Below, in pieces: positions 10,426-20,257 of a DNA stretch of 64,000 nt (positions are counted from its first letter, which is position 1; each line of letters starts with the position of its first letter). Below the pieces are notes generated by a model that searched no databases, was not told the DNA's origin, and saw only the letters and a list, made by a program, of their open reading frames with translations. This DNA comes from Nitrospirota bacterium (GTDB lineage: Bacteria; Nitrospirota; UBA9217). Where the stretch lies: the NCBI GenBank assembly GCA_963796285.1, contig CAWCKW010000012.1:192001-256000 (forward strand), read 5' to 3'. Position numbers and translations under genes: made by a program.

Positions 10426-11721
10426 TTGTTGGAAATTGTAAAAATCCTGCCGGACGCAACTGCTGAAGGGTTGGGGCTCCAGGCGGGGGACATCTTGGAC
10501 ACTATTAACGGAAAAGAAGTCCATGATGTAATCGATTACCGGTTTTTGGTCGCTGACGAAAACGTCACTATCTCATTTCATTCGAAGGACGGCCGAGCCC
10601 GCAAGATCGTTGTTGAAAAGGACCCTGACGACAATCTCGGTCTGGAGTTCTCTCCGTTCCGCATCACCCGATGCCGCAACCGATGCATCTTCTGCTTTGT
10701 CGATCAAATGCCGGCTGGTTGCCGGAAAAGTCTGTATATTAAAGACGACGATTATCGGGCTTCTTTCCTTCATGGGAATTATATTACGCTCGGCGCCCTT
10801 TCAGAAAATGATCTGGAAAGGATCTTTTGTGAGCGGCTATCACCGCTCTATATCTCCGTCCATACTACGGACCACTCGCTCCGTACATTCATGCTGGGTA
10901 ACAAGAAGGCGCCTGATATCCTGGCGAGTATGGAGCGCCTGGCTGCGGGCGGCATTCTGATGCACACGCAGATCGTTTTGTGCCCCGGGATCAATGACGG
11001 CGATCATTTGCAAAAGACTCTGGACGACCTGTCCAATCTGTTCCCGGCGGTTGCCTCCATAGCAGTGGTTCCGGTGGGAATGACGGCATTCAGGGAAAAG
11101 TTATTTCCTCTCAAGTTGTTTACCCGGTCTGGGGCGCGTGCGGTGATTGAACGTGTTACTCAGCTCGGATCGCGGTTCAAACGGAGGTTTGGGACCCGTC
11201 TGGTGTTCGCTTCTGATGAGTTTTACATCAAGGCAGGAGAAACGTTCCCTCCCCTGTCTTTTTATGAGGAACTACCCCAGCGGGAGAACGGCGTAGGCAT
11301 GGTGTCCGAATTCTTGCGCGATGTTGCACGTACCCGGATCCCGAAAAAGCTGGCACCGAAAAATCTGACCCTGGTGACGGGGGTGTCGTTCGGCAGCATT
11401 CTCAAAAGTATTCTTGAGCGGTTGAGAACGGATGAAGTATCCAGGATCAGGCTGGTGATTGCGCATAACTTTTTTTTCGGGTCTTCGGTGACGGTTGCGG
11501 GGCTCTTGACCGGACAGGATATTCTCCGTGCGCTCAAGGGCAAGCGACTGGGCGATCTGGTGCTGATACCAGCCAGTTCGCTGAAGGAAGATGAAGACGT
11601 ATTCCTTGACAACATGCGTCTTGAACAGTTGGAGCAGGCGCTCTCCGTCAAGGTCCTGAAGGTAGAGAAATTCAGTGAAGTGATAACCGTGCTGCGTGGT
11701 GAAGGGAGGCGGTCTCGATGA
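10426..11721 (+). CDS. PDZ + radical SAM-like DUF512 protein
   Basis: N-terminal PDZ-like segment, CRNRCIFC motif, LYIKDDDYR.SFLHGNYITL, SDEFY, Q.ENGVG and VTVAGLLTG.D. Confidence 0.9.
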   Translation: MLEIVKILPDATAEGLGLQAGDILDTINGKEVHDVIDYRFLVADENVTISFHSKDGRARKIVVEKDPDDNLGLEFSPFRITRCRNRCIFCFVDQMPAGCRKSLYIKDDDYRASFLHGNYITLGALSENDLERIFCERLSPLYISVHTTDHSLRTFMLGNKKAPDILASMERLAAGGILMHTQIVLCPGINDGDHLQKTLDDLSNLFPAVASIAVVPVGMTAFREKLFPLKLFTRSGARAVIERVTQLGSRFKRRFGTRLVFASDEFYIKAGETFPPLSFYEELPQRENGVGMVSEFLRDVARTRIPKKLAPKNLTLVTGVSFGSILKSILERLRTDEVSRIRLVIAHNFFFGSSVTVAGLLTGQDILRALKGKRLGDLVLIPASSLKEDEDVFLDNMRLEQLEQALSVKVLKVEKFSEVITVLRGEGRRSR

Positions 11722-12563
11722 TCTCCGGAAAGACGAAGATCTACGGCATATTCGGATACCCCGTGGAGCATACCTTTTCCCCGGGCATGCATAACAGCGC
11801 ATTTAAAAAACTCGGGATGGATGCCAGGTATGTACCCTTTGCGGTCCCTCCCGAAAGACTGGAAGACGCCGTACGAGCAGTGGTTCCTCTCGGTCTCTGC
11901 GGATTGAACGTCACGGTGCCTCACAAAGAACGAGTGCTGGCATTTCTGGACGAACTTTCAGAAGAAGCCCGGCTGATAGGCGCGGTGAACACGATCGACG
12001 TCAGGAAGGGGAAACTGATCGGCCACAATACCGACGGACGGGGGTTCCTTAGGTCCCTTAGGGAGCGTGGTGGGATGGATCCAAAAGGGAAGAAATTCCT
12101 GTTCATCGGCTCGGGCGGCGCGGCCCGGGCGGTGGGCTTTAGCCTGGCGCTTGCCGGTGCTGCCGAGATCGTATTCCGCGACCTTGATGTCAGAAAAGCT
12201 TCTCTGCTGGCGAGCGATATACAGGACAAGACCGGGGTACCGGCAGTATGCATAACACACGAAATGCTCCGGGAGTATGCGACCGGTGCTGACTGTTTGA
12301 TCAACGCCACTCCGCTTGGCCTCAAGAGAACGGACCCTTTGCCCATACCTGCGGCAATAGTCATGCGAAAGCATCTCTTGTGTGATCTCGTCTATAATCC
12401 TCCGGAGACCGCACTTTTAAAGATGGCGAAAAAGAAAGGAGCCAAAAGTCTACCGGGTCTTGGCATGCTCTTATACCAGGGAGTAATTGCTTTCGAAATA
12501 TGGACCGGGCAAAAAGCGCCGATCCTGGTCATGAAGAATGCGCTTTCACGGCAGATTCGATAA
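11718..12563 (+). CDS. aroE: Shikimate dehydrogenase
   Basis: G.PV.HTFSP.MHN, NVTVPHK, GAVNT, NTDG.G, G.GGAARA and GLGMLLYQG motifs. Confidence 0.96.
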   Translation: MISGKTKIYGIFGYPVEHTFSPGMHNSAFKKLGMDARYVPFAVPPERLEDAVRAVVPLGLCGLNVTVPHKERVLAFLDELSEEARLIGAVNTIDVRKGKLIGHNTDGRGFLRSLRERGGMDPKGKKFLFIGSGGAARAVGFSLALAGAAEIVFRDLDVRKASLLASDIQDKTGVPAVCITHEMLREYATGADCLINATPLGLKRTDPLPIPAAIVMRKHLLCDLVYNPPETALLKMAKKKGAKSLPGLGMLLYQGVIAFEIWTGQKAPILVMKNALSRQIR

Positions 12564-12600
12564 CGTATTATAAAATCGGGAAAAAGTACCTTCTGGCATC

Positions 12601-12629
12601 TTGACATACATGCATTATTCAAGTAATAT
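12601..12629 (+). promoter_or_regulatory. Sigma70-type promoter upstream of pilB
   Basis: TTGACA-17 nt-TAATAT, followed by RBS AAGGAG before 12665. Confidence 0.65.
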
Positions 12630-12664
12630 AGGTCATAAAATTTTATACTGACCAAGGAGTTCCT

Positions 12665-14518
12665 ATGGCAATGTCTGGAAGACTCGGCGCTATGCTCGTA
12701 TCGTCGGGTCTGATCACGGAAGATCAGTTGAAAAAATCTCTGGCCACGCAGAAAAGCGAGGGCGGCAGACTCGGCACTATCCTGGTGAAACTGGGGTTCG
12801 TACAGGAAGACAAGCTGATGACGTTTTTGAGCAAGCAGTATGGTGTCCCCTACGTTGACCTGAGCAAATTCGAGATCAATCCCGCCGTCATTAAACATAT
12901 TCCCGCGGAAGTCGCCCAAAAATATCGCATCATGCCGATCAATCGCGCCGGTGCGACGATTACCATCGCCATGGTGGACCCCTCCAATATATTCGCCATC
13001 GACGACATCAAATTCATGACCGGCTATAATGTCGAGGCTGTCGTGGCAACTGAGGGCGCCATCGTTGAGGCGGTAAAAAAATATTACGGCGCCGCGGCAA
13101 GGTCCCTGGTAGCAGCCAAGGCGGGCGGTATTGCGGCCTCGGCACAACCCCGGGACGAGAAAAAGGTCACCCTTGACGCCAAGGACTATGCATTAGATGA
13201 CAATAACATGGAGGATTCCGTTATCGATGATATCGATACAGGCGGGATCGTGGACGTCGATGATTTCGACAATCTTGTACATGGCGCGGTCGATGAGCTC
13301 GAGGTCATTGAAGATGAAAAGCTGGACACGTTGTCGGATGAAGTTGAGGCGCCGATCATCAAATTGGTGAATGGTATCCTGCTTCGCGCGGCAAAGGCGG
13401 GCGTGAGCGATGTCCATATTGAACCTTATGAAAAAAAGTTCCGGGTGCGGTACCGGCTCGATGGCGTGCTGAAGACGGTCATGGGGCTTCCGCTCAAGAT
13501 CCGGAATGCGATTATATCCCGCGTAAAGATCATGGCTTCTCTTGACATCGCGGAACGGCGGCTTCCGCAGGACGGCAGGATCAAACTCAAGATGAGCAGG
13601 AACAAGGTCATGGACTTCCGTGTATCCGTCATTCCGACCCTCTTCGGTGAAAAGATCGTCTTGCGACTGCTCGACAAATCGAATCTTCAACTCGATATGA
13701 CCAAGCTTGGCTTCGATGAGGACCAACTGAAGGATTTTAAAGATGCTCTCGGGAAACCCTTTGGCATGGTGCTGGTGACGGGCCCCACCGGAAGCGGTAA
13801 GACCACTACCCTCTACTCGGCGCTGAGCGAACTGAATACCGATTCCGAAAATATTATGACCGCTGAAGACCCGGTGGAATTTAATCTGATGGGTATCAAT
13901 CAGGTCCAGATGAAAGACGAGATCGGGCTCAACTTTGCCGCAGCGCTTCGCTCCTTTCTCCGTCAGGACCCGGATATCATCATGGTGGGAGAGACCCGCG
14001 ATTACGAAACAGCAGAGATCGGTGTCAAAGCCGCGCTTACCGGCCACTTGGTGCTTTCGACGCTCCATACCAATGATGCTCCAAGCACCATCAACCGCTT
14101 GCTCAATATGGGCGTTGAACCCTTTTTGGTGTCCTCAGCAGTGATCCTTATCGTGGCACAGCGGCTTGTACGGAAGGCCTGCCAGAACTGCAAGAAGCCG
14201 CAAAAAATACCGGTCGAGACATTTGTCGCCGCCGGGTTTGACCCGGAAGAGGCCAAGACCATCGTCAGCTACAAGGGTGAAGGATGCGATATTTGCAACC
14301 AGACCGGCTACAAGGGCAGGGTAGCGCTTTATGAGGTGATGCCGCTCAAGGACGAGATCAAGGAACTCATCCTGCAGGGCGCATCGGTCTTTGATTTAAA
14401 AAAAGCGGCTGTGAACGGGGGGATGAGGACCCTTCGGGCGAGCGGACTGCTGAAAGTGAAAGCTGGGTTGACGTCACTGGAAGAAATCGTTGAGAATACG
14501 TTCTCCGATAGTAATTAG
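12665..14518 (+). CDS. pilB: Type IV pilus assembly ATPase
   Basis: MshEN-like RLG.ML/RLG.IL repeats, SDVHIEP, GPTGSGKTT, LRQDPD and CxxC...CxxC zinc motif. Confidence 0.97.
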   Translation: MAMSGRLGAMLVSSGLITEDQLKKSLATQKSEGGRLGTILVKLGFVQEDKLMTFLSKQYGVPYVDLSKFEINPAVIKHIPAEVAQKYRIMPINRAGATITIAMVDPSNIFAIDDIKFMTGYNVEAVVATEGAIVEAVKKYYGAAARSLVAAKAGGIAASAQPRDEKKVTLDAKDYALDDNNMEDSVIDDIDTGGIVDVDDFDNLVHGAVDELEVIEDEKLDTLSDEVEAPIIKLVNGILLRAAKAGVSDVHIEPYEKKFRVRYRLDGVLKTVMGLPLKIRNAIISRVKIMASLDIAERRLPQDGRIKLKMSRNKVMDFRVSVIPTLFGEKIVLRLLDKSNLQLDMTKLGFDEDQLKDFKDALGKPFGMVLVTGPTGSGKTTTLYSALSELNTDSENIMTAEDPVEFNLMGINQVQMKDEIGLNFAAALRSFLRQDPDIIMVGETRDYETAEIGVKAALTGHLVLSTLHTNDAPSTINRLLNMGVEPFLVSSAVILIVAQRLVRKACQNCKKPQKIPVETFVAAGFDPEEAKTIVSYKGEGCDICNQTGYKGRVALYEVMPLKDEIKELILQGASVFDLKKAAVNGGMRTLRASGLLKVKAGLTSLEEIVENTFSDSN

Positions 14519-14752
14519 CGACAGCAGGGAGAGAACGACAGCATGTTTGCAACTGCTCAGGACATAATAAAACGTAAGAATATTATCCGAAGAATAGGGG
14601 TTACATAAGGAGAACGAAAGAACAGACAAAATCTCACACGGCCTGTCTATCATTTCATTCCTCCTTTGCCTTTTTTGTTTCTTTATTTCGTCTCGATGGT
14701 TTTGGTTGTAGACCTGCATAGTTGCAAAACTACTCAATAAGGGGTTCACCAT

Positions 14753-15856
14753 ATGGCCAACCTGCATGATTTACTCAAGTTCATGATAGAAAAAGGGGCT
14801 TCTGACCTCCATCTTACCACGGGAATTCCACCATCGATCCGTATTGACGGCAAGATAAAGCTGATACCCGGACTGGAACCCCTTAACGCCACGCAGACCA
14901 AGGACCTCTGTTACAGCATCCTCACCGATGCCCAGAAGCACAAGTTTGAAGAGAACAGCGAACTCGACCTCTCCTTCGGCATTAAAAATCTGTCCCGCTT
15001 TCGTGCAAATATGTTCGTGCAGCGGGGGGCCGTTGCTGCTGCGATAAGAACCATTCCTTTTAAGATCAAAACGTTCCAGGAACTGGGTCTGCCCGAGATC
15101 GTATCCGATCTCTGTAAGAAGCCGAGGGGACTCGTTCTCGTCACCGGCCCCACGGGCAGCGGCAAGTCAACAACCCTCGCCTCTATGATCGACAAGATCA
15201 ACAACGAACGGCAGGAGCATATCATCACCATTGAAGACCCGATCGAATATCTCCACCCGCATAAGAAATGTCTGGTGAACCAGCGGGAGGTCAATGCAGA
15301 CACCAAATCGTTTAAGGACGCATTGAAATATATCCTCCGGCAAGACCCTGATGTCGTGCTCGTGGGTGAAATGCGCGATCTTGAAACCATTGAAGCGGCC
15401 TTGACCATTGCTGAAACAGGACACCTTACCTTTGCGACACTGCATACGAATTCCGCGGTGCAGACGATAAATCGCATTATTGATGTGTTTCCGCCTTACC
15501 AGCAATCCCAGGTAAGGGCGCAGCTTTCATTCGTTCTTGAGGGCGTGATATCTCAACAGCTCGTGCCGAAGATAGGCGGCGGCCGGTTGGTCGCTCTTGA
15601 GGTCATGATCCCAAATGCCGCTATACGGAATCTCATCAGGGAAGACAAAATTCATCAGATCTATTCCATTATGCAGACCGGCCAGTCAAAATTCGGCATG
15701 CTGACCCTTAATCAGTCGCTGTATGACCTCTATACTAAAAAAATGATTTCTTATGAGGACTGCATCGGCCGGTCGTCGAATCCAGATGAACTTATTCAAA
15801 TGGTGGGACGATCAGGTCTTGGAGGGGCGCAGCCGGTCCATAAGGACTACCGTTAA
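14753..15856 (+). CDS. pilT: Type IV pilus retraction ATPase
   Basis: ASDLHL, GPTGSGKSTT, LRQDPD and AIRNLIRE. Confidence 0.98.
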   Translation: MANLHDLLKFMIEKGASDLHLTTGIPPSIRIDGKIKLIPGLEPLNATQTKDLCYSILTDAQKHKFEENSELDLSFGIKNLSRFRANMFVQRGAVAAAIRTIPFKIKTFQELGLPEIVSDLCKKPRGLVLVTGPTGSGKSTTLASMIDKINNERQEHIITIEDPIEYLHPHKKCLVNQREVNADTKSFKDALKYILRQDPDVVLVGEMRDLETIEAALTIAETGHLTFATLHTNSAVQTINRIIDVFPPYQQSQVRAQLSFVLEGVISQQLVPKIGGGRLVALEVMIPNAAIRNLIREDKIHQIYSIMQTGQSKFGMLTLNQSLYDLYTKKMISYEDCIGRSSNPDELIQMVGRSGLGGAQPVHKDYR

Positions 15857-15895
15857 GGCGATATCTTGTTGATCTTAATTATAATGAGGTGAAGA

Positions 15896-17110
15896 ATGGC
15901 AACGACCGTATTTACTTGGGAAGGCAAAACACGGCAGGGGTCTGTCCAAAAGGGCGAGATTGCCGCAAACAACAAAGAAGACGTGCTCGCACTCCTGCGG
16001 AAGCAGAATATTCAGCCGATCAATGTGGTCGCCAAACCGAAGGAGCTCAAGCTGAGCTTCGGCGCTCCAAAAGTCAACGATAAAGACATCGTGATCTTTA
16101 CCCGGCAGTTGGCGACCATGATCGATGCGGGATTGCCGCTCGTGCAATGTCTTGATATCCTCGGCAACCAGACGGAAAATAAGACGCTTGCCAAGACCGT
16201 GAACCAGGTAAGGTCCGATGTGGAGAGCGGAGCGACCTTTGCCGATGCGCTTAAAAAACACCCCAAGATATTTGACAATCTTTATTGCAATATGGTCGCC
16301 GCCGGAGAGGCAGGCGGTATTTTGGATACCATACTCGGACGGCTTGCCGCATTTATGGAAAAATTTGCGAAGATCAAAGGCCAGATCAAGTCGGCCATGA
16401 TTTATCCTTCGGTCATCCTGTTCGTCGCGGTATCCGTGGTTGCCCTTCTGATGGTGGTCGTCGTCCCCATGCTGGCAAATATTTTCGTTGAAGCAAAAAT
16501 GCAGCTGCCTTTTCCTACCCGCGTTGTAATGGCGATCAGCAACTTTTTGAAATCCTGGGGAGGTCTGATCCTTCTCTTTGTCATTATCGGTTTCTTCGTT
16601 GGCCTCAGGCAATTCAGAAAAACAGAAAAAGGACAGAGAATGACAGATGCCATTGCGTTAAAAATACCTGTTGCAGGCTCGTTGATTCAGAGGGTGGCGG
16701 TTGCCAAGTTTACGCGGACCCTCGGCACGTTGCTAACGAGCGGGGTCCCTATCCTTGAAGGGTTATTGATCGTTTCGAGGACCGCGGGCAACAAGGTCGT
16801 GGAAGAAGCGATTCTCGCCACCCGGCAGAGCGTGAGCGAGGGTAAAACGCTCGCTGACCCGCTGGGAAGGGCAAAGATCTTCCCCGCCATGGTTGTCTCG
16901 ATGATATCGGTTGGTGAGGCCACGGGAGCGCTCGACAACATGCTGAACAAGATCGCGGACTTCTACGATGATGAGGTGGATTCAGCGGTGGCGGCTCTTA
17001 CCTCGATGCTTGAGCCCATGCTCATGATCTTTCTGGGCATTACGGTCGGTTTCGTGATTGTGGCCATGTACATGCCGATATTCCAGATGGGCTCGGCAGT
17101 GGGTGGTTAG
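15896..17110 (+). CDS. pilC: Type IV pilus platform protein
   Basis: FTRQLATMIDAGLPL, two GspF repeats and YMPIF C-terminus. Confidence 0.97.
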   Translation: MATTVFTWEGKTRQGSVQKGEIAANNKEDVLALLRKQNIQPINVVAKPKELKLSFGAPKVNDKDIVIFTRQLATMIDAGLPLVQCLDILGNQTENKTLAKTVNQVRSDVESGATFADALKKHPKIFDNLYCNMVAAGEAGGILDTILGRLAAFMEKFAKIKGQIKSAMIYPSVILFVAVSVVALLMVVVVPMLANIFVEAKMQLPFPTRVVMAISNFLKSWGGLILLFVIIGFFVGLRQFRKTEKGQRMTDAIALKIPVAGSLIQRVAVAKFTRTLGTLLTSGVPILEGLLIVSRTAGNKVVEEAILATRQSVSEGKTLADPLGRAKIFPAMVVSMISVGEATGALDNMLNKIADFYDDEVDSAVAALTSMLEPMLMIFLGITVGFVIVAMYMPIFQMGSAVGG

Positions 17111-17118
17111 AAACTCAC

Positions 17119-18825
17119 GTGACACGAGAGTTTTCAAAAGAAGAATACGCGATACGGATAACGTGGCTTATCTGGAGCAGGGTGGTGCTCACGACCGTTC
17201 TGGTCGGCATGCTCATTTTTTTTCAACGGCACTATAGTATTTACCCGTTTCAGACCGTATATATTTACGATTTTCTGCTCTTAGTATACGGCTTGACAGC
17301 TGTTTACTGGTATCTCCTCAGGAGAATAAAGAGTCTTTCCTTCCTTGCCTATCTCCAGACATCAGGCGATATACTTCTTGTTACCGCTCTCACCTACCTT
17401 ACCGGTGGAGTTGACAGCGGGTTTTCGCTACTCTACCATCTAACGATCATATCTTCCAGCATTATCCTGTACCGCCGTGGGGGGTATTTGTCGGCATCTC
17501 TCTCGAGCATCCTGTACGGGGCCATGCTGGACATGCAGTATTACAATGTTTCCGGTTTCGTCCGGAGCCAGAATTTCACAGCAGTCCAGGTGCTCTTTCT
17601 GGTGTTCATCAATATCCTCTCGTTCTATATCGTGGGGCTTTTGAGCGGCTATCTTGCAGAGCGTCTCAGGAAAACGCGTCAGGAACTCCAGGAAAAGAGC
17701 GTAGACTTCGAAGGCCTCCGGGTTTTGCAGGAGCACATCCTGCGGAGCGTCGGAAGCGGGATCCTCACCATGGACCTGCAAGGCAACATCGCGTCATGGA
17801 ACCCTGCGGCGGAACACATCACGGGCTACCGTTATGATGAGATCAAAAGCCGCTGGCAGCAGGTGTTTGGAGACGGAATGAAGGGGATCTTCGGCCATAC
17901 CGATTCACTGAAGGCGCGCCCGTTCCGTTTCGATGGACGGATCGTGAAAAAGGACGGGAGCACGGCAATTCTCGGGATGACCGCCTCTCTGCTCAAGGAC
18001 GAAGCGAACGCCGTTCGCGGGATCATCCTTATCTTCCAGGACATTACCAAGATGATCGAGATGGAGGAACAGGTAAGGACACAGGAGCGGCTGGCGACCG
18101 TTGGGAGCCTGGCCGCGGGCATTGCCCATGAGATCCGGAACCCGCTCGCGTCGCTCAGCGGGTCCATCCAGGTGCTTCAAGGTGAACTCGACTTGCACGG
18201 AGACAATAAACACCTTATGGATATTGTTGTCCGCGAGACCGACCGGCTCAACACGATCATCACGGAATTTCTGGAATATGCCCGCCTCAAGAACGCACAG
18301 AACGACCAGGTCGAGCTTCTGCCTATCCTTGATGAGACGATGATGCTTCTGAAGAACTGCAAGGATTGTTCGTGCGATATCCGCATCAAACACACTATTG
18401 ATCCCGACGTCGTGATACAAGGGGACGCCCAGCGGCTCCGCCAGGTTTTTTGGAACCTTCTTATTAACGCCTGCCAGGCGATGCCGCAAGGCGGCGAGAT
18501 CGTGATTACGGCGAGGCCGTTTACCCGGGAGAATGACCAGACGTCTTGGTGGGAAATCAGTATAGCAGATACGGGCCGGGGGATCGCATACGACGACCGG
18601 GACAAGATTTTTAGCCCCTTTTTTACGACAAAGACCGGGGGCACCGGTCTTGGGCTTGCGATCGTCTACCGGATCGTCGAGGACCATCGGGGTACGATCA
18701 CGGTGGACAGTGTGCCGGGTAAAGGGACACAATTCATCATCAGGTTGCCGACGATGGAGGAATCCACTTATCAAGCAAGTAAGAACAATACGGAGCAGGC
18801 GCAGACGAGGACAAGGCGAAAGTGA
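17119..18825 (+). CDS. pilS: Sensor histidine kinase PilS
   Basis: Multi-TM N-terminus, PAS-like region, AHEIRNPL and GTGLGL; directly follows pilC. Confidence 0.9.
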   Translation: MTREFSKEEYAIRITWLIWSRVVLTTVLVGMLIFFQRHYSIYPFQTVYIYDFLLLVYGLTAVYWYLLRRIKSLSFLAYLQTSGDILLVTALTYLTGGVDSGFSLLYHLTIISSSIILYRRGGYLSASLSSILYGAMLDMQYYNVSGFVRSQNFTAVQVLFLVFINILSFYIVGLLSGYLAERLRKTRQELQEKSVDFEGLRVLQEHILRSVGSGILTMDLQGNIASWNPAAEHITGYRYDEIKSRWQQVFGDGMKGIFGHTDSLKARPFRFDGRIVKKDGSTAILGMTASLLKDEANAVRGIILIFQDITKMIEMEEQVRTQERLATVGSLAAGIAHEIRNPLASLSGSIQVLQGELDLHGDNKHLMDIVVRETDRLNTIITEFLEYARLKNAQNDQVELLPILDETMMLLKNCKDCSCDIRIKHTIDPDVVIQGDAQRLRQVFWNLLINACQAMPQGGEIVITARPFTRENDQTSWWEISIADTGRGIAYDDRDKIFSPFFTTKTGGTGLGLAIVYRIVEDHRGTITVDSVPGKGTQFIIRLPTMEESTYQASKNNTEQAQTRTRRK

Positions 18826-18826
18826 T

Positions 18827-20200
18827 ATGAGTAAAATACTCGTTGTTGATGACGAACAGGGCATACGGGACTTTCTTGCGATCATGCTCAAAAAAGATGG
18901 TCACGAAGCCGTGACGGCCGGGAACGGTGCAGATGCACTCAGGGCGGTCCAGGCCGAGATCTTCGATCTGGTGATCACCGACGTGAAGATGCCGGGGAAA
19001 GACGGTATTGAGGTGCTCAAGACGATCAAGGAGATCTCGCCCGAGACCGTGGTCATCATGATAACGGCATTTGCAACCGCCGAGACCGCAGTCGAAGCCA
19101 TGAAGCTCGGTGCTTATGACTATATCATCAAACCCTTCAAGGTCGACGAGCTGAAAATAATCATCAACAATTCACTCGAGAAACGCCATCTCAGAAAAGA
19201 GAACATTCTTCTCAAACGGGAGATCGAATCCAAGGCCGGCTTCGAGAATTTCATCGGCAAGAGCGAACCGATGCAGAAGGTGTTTTCTCTTATCAGGCAG
19301 GTTGCTGATACCACGAGCACGGTGCTGATAACCGGCGAGAGCGGAACAGGAAAAGAGCTCGTTGCGAAGGCCGTATACATGAACAGCTCGAGAAAAAGCA
19401 GGCCTTTTGTGACCGTCAATTGCGGGGCTTTGCCCGAAACCCTGCTCGAAAGCGAGTTGTTTGGATATATGAAAGGGGCATTTACCGGAGCGACATCGAA
19501 TAAACAGGGCCTTTTTGAAGCCGCCAACGGCGGAACTATTTTTCTCGATGAGATCAGCGCGACGACCCCCGGGCTCCAGATAAAACTCTTACGGGTCCTC
19601 CAGGAGCGTGAGTTCATGCGGGTAGGGGGGACCACGGCCGTAAAAGTCGATGTGCATGTGATTGTCGCGAGCAACAGAAATCTGCTGGACGAAGTCGCAA
19701 AAGGAACCTTTCGGGAAGATCTCTACTATCGCTTGAACGTCATCCCCATCCAGCTTCCTCCCCTTCGGGAACGGAATGAAGATATACCGCTCCTGGTGGA
19801 TTTTTTCCTGAAAAAATATGCTAAAAAAGATGCCCATTCGGCGGCGATCAAAAAGATCGATCCTGCGGCAATGAAGATATTGATCGATTATAATTGGCCG
19901 GGCAATGTCCGCGAGCTAGAAAATACGATCGAGCGTCTGGTGATTATGACGCCGAATGACAGCATTTCTCAAGAGCATATCCCCGATACCATCAAAAAAG
20001 AACGTCCCAGTTCCGAACTCGTGCCACTTAATATACCAGATACCGGTGTGGACCTCGAAAAGCTGCTGGAGAATGCCGAAAAGATGTTTCTCCGAAAGGC
20101 TCTCGCGAAAGCAGGGGGCGTAAAGACAGAAGCGGCAAAACTGCTTGGCCTGACCTTTCGGTCCTTCCGGCACCGGCTGCAAAAGTATGGTGACTTGTAG
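18827..20200 (+). CDS. pilR: Sigma54-dependent response regulator PilR
   Basis: ATG at 18827; receiver domain, GESGTGKE, GAFTGA and C-terminal HTH with TFRSFRHRL. Confidence 0.92.
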   Translation: MSKILVVDDEQGIRDFLAIMLKKDGHEAVTAGNGADALRAVQAEIFDLVITDVKMPGKDGIEVLKTIKEISPETVVIMITAFATAETAVEAMKLGAYDYIIKPFKVDELKIIINNSLEKRHLRKENILLKREIESKAGFENFIGKSEPMQKVFSLIRQVADTTSTVLITGESGTGKELVAKAVYMNSSRKSRPFVTVNCGALPETLLESELFGYMKGAFTGATSNKQGLFEAANGGTIFLDEISATTPGLQIKLLRVLQEREFMRVGGTTAVKVDVHVIVASNRNLLDEVAKGTFREDLYYRLNVIPIQLPPLRERNEDIPLLVDFFLKKYAKKDAHSAAIKKIDPAAMKILIDYNWPGNVRELENTIERLVIMTPNDSISQEHIPDTIKKERPSSELVPLNIPDTGVDLEKLLENAEKMFLRKALAKAGGVKTEAAKLLGLTFRSFRHRLQKYGDL

Positions 20201-20257
20201 CCGGCCATGGAGTTTTTGATTGCAAATCCCCATTGATTCCGATACAATTCAATTCCC

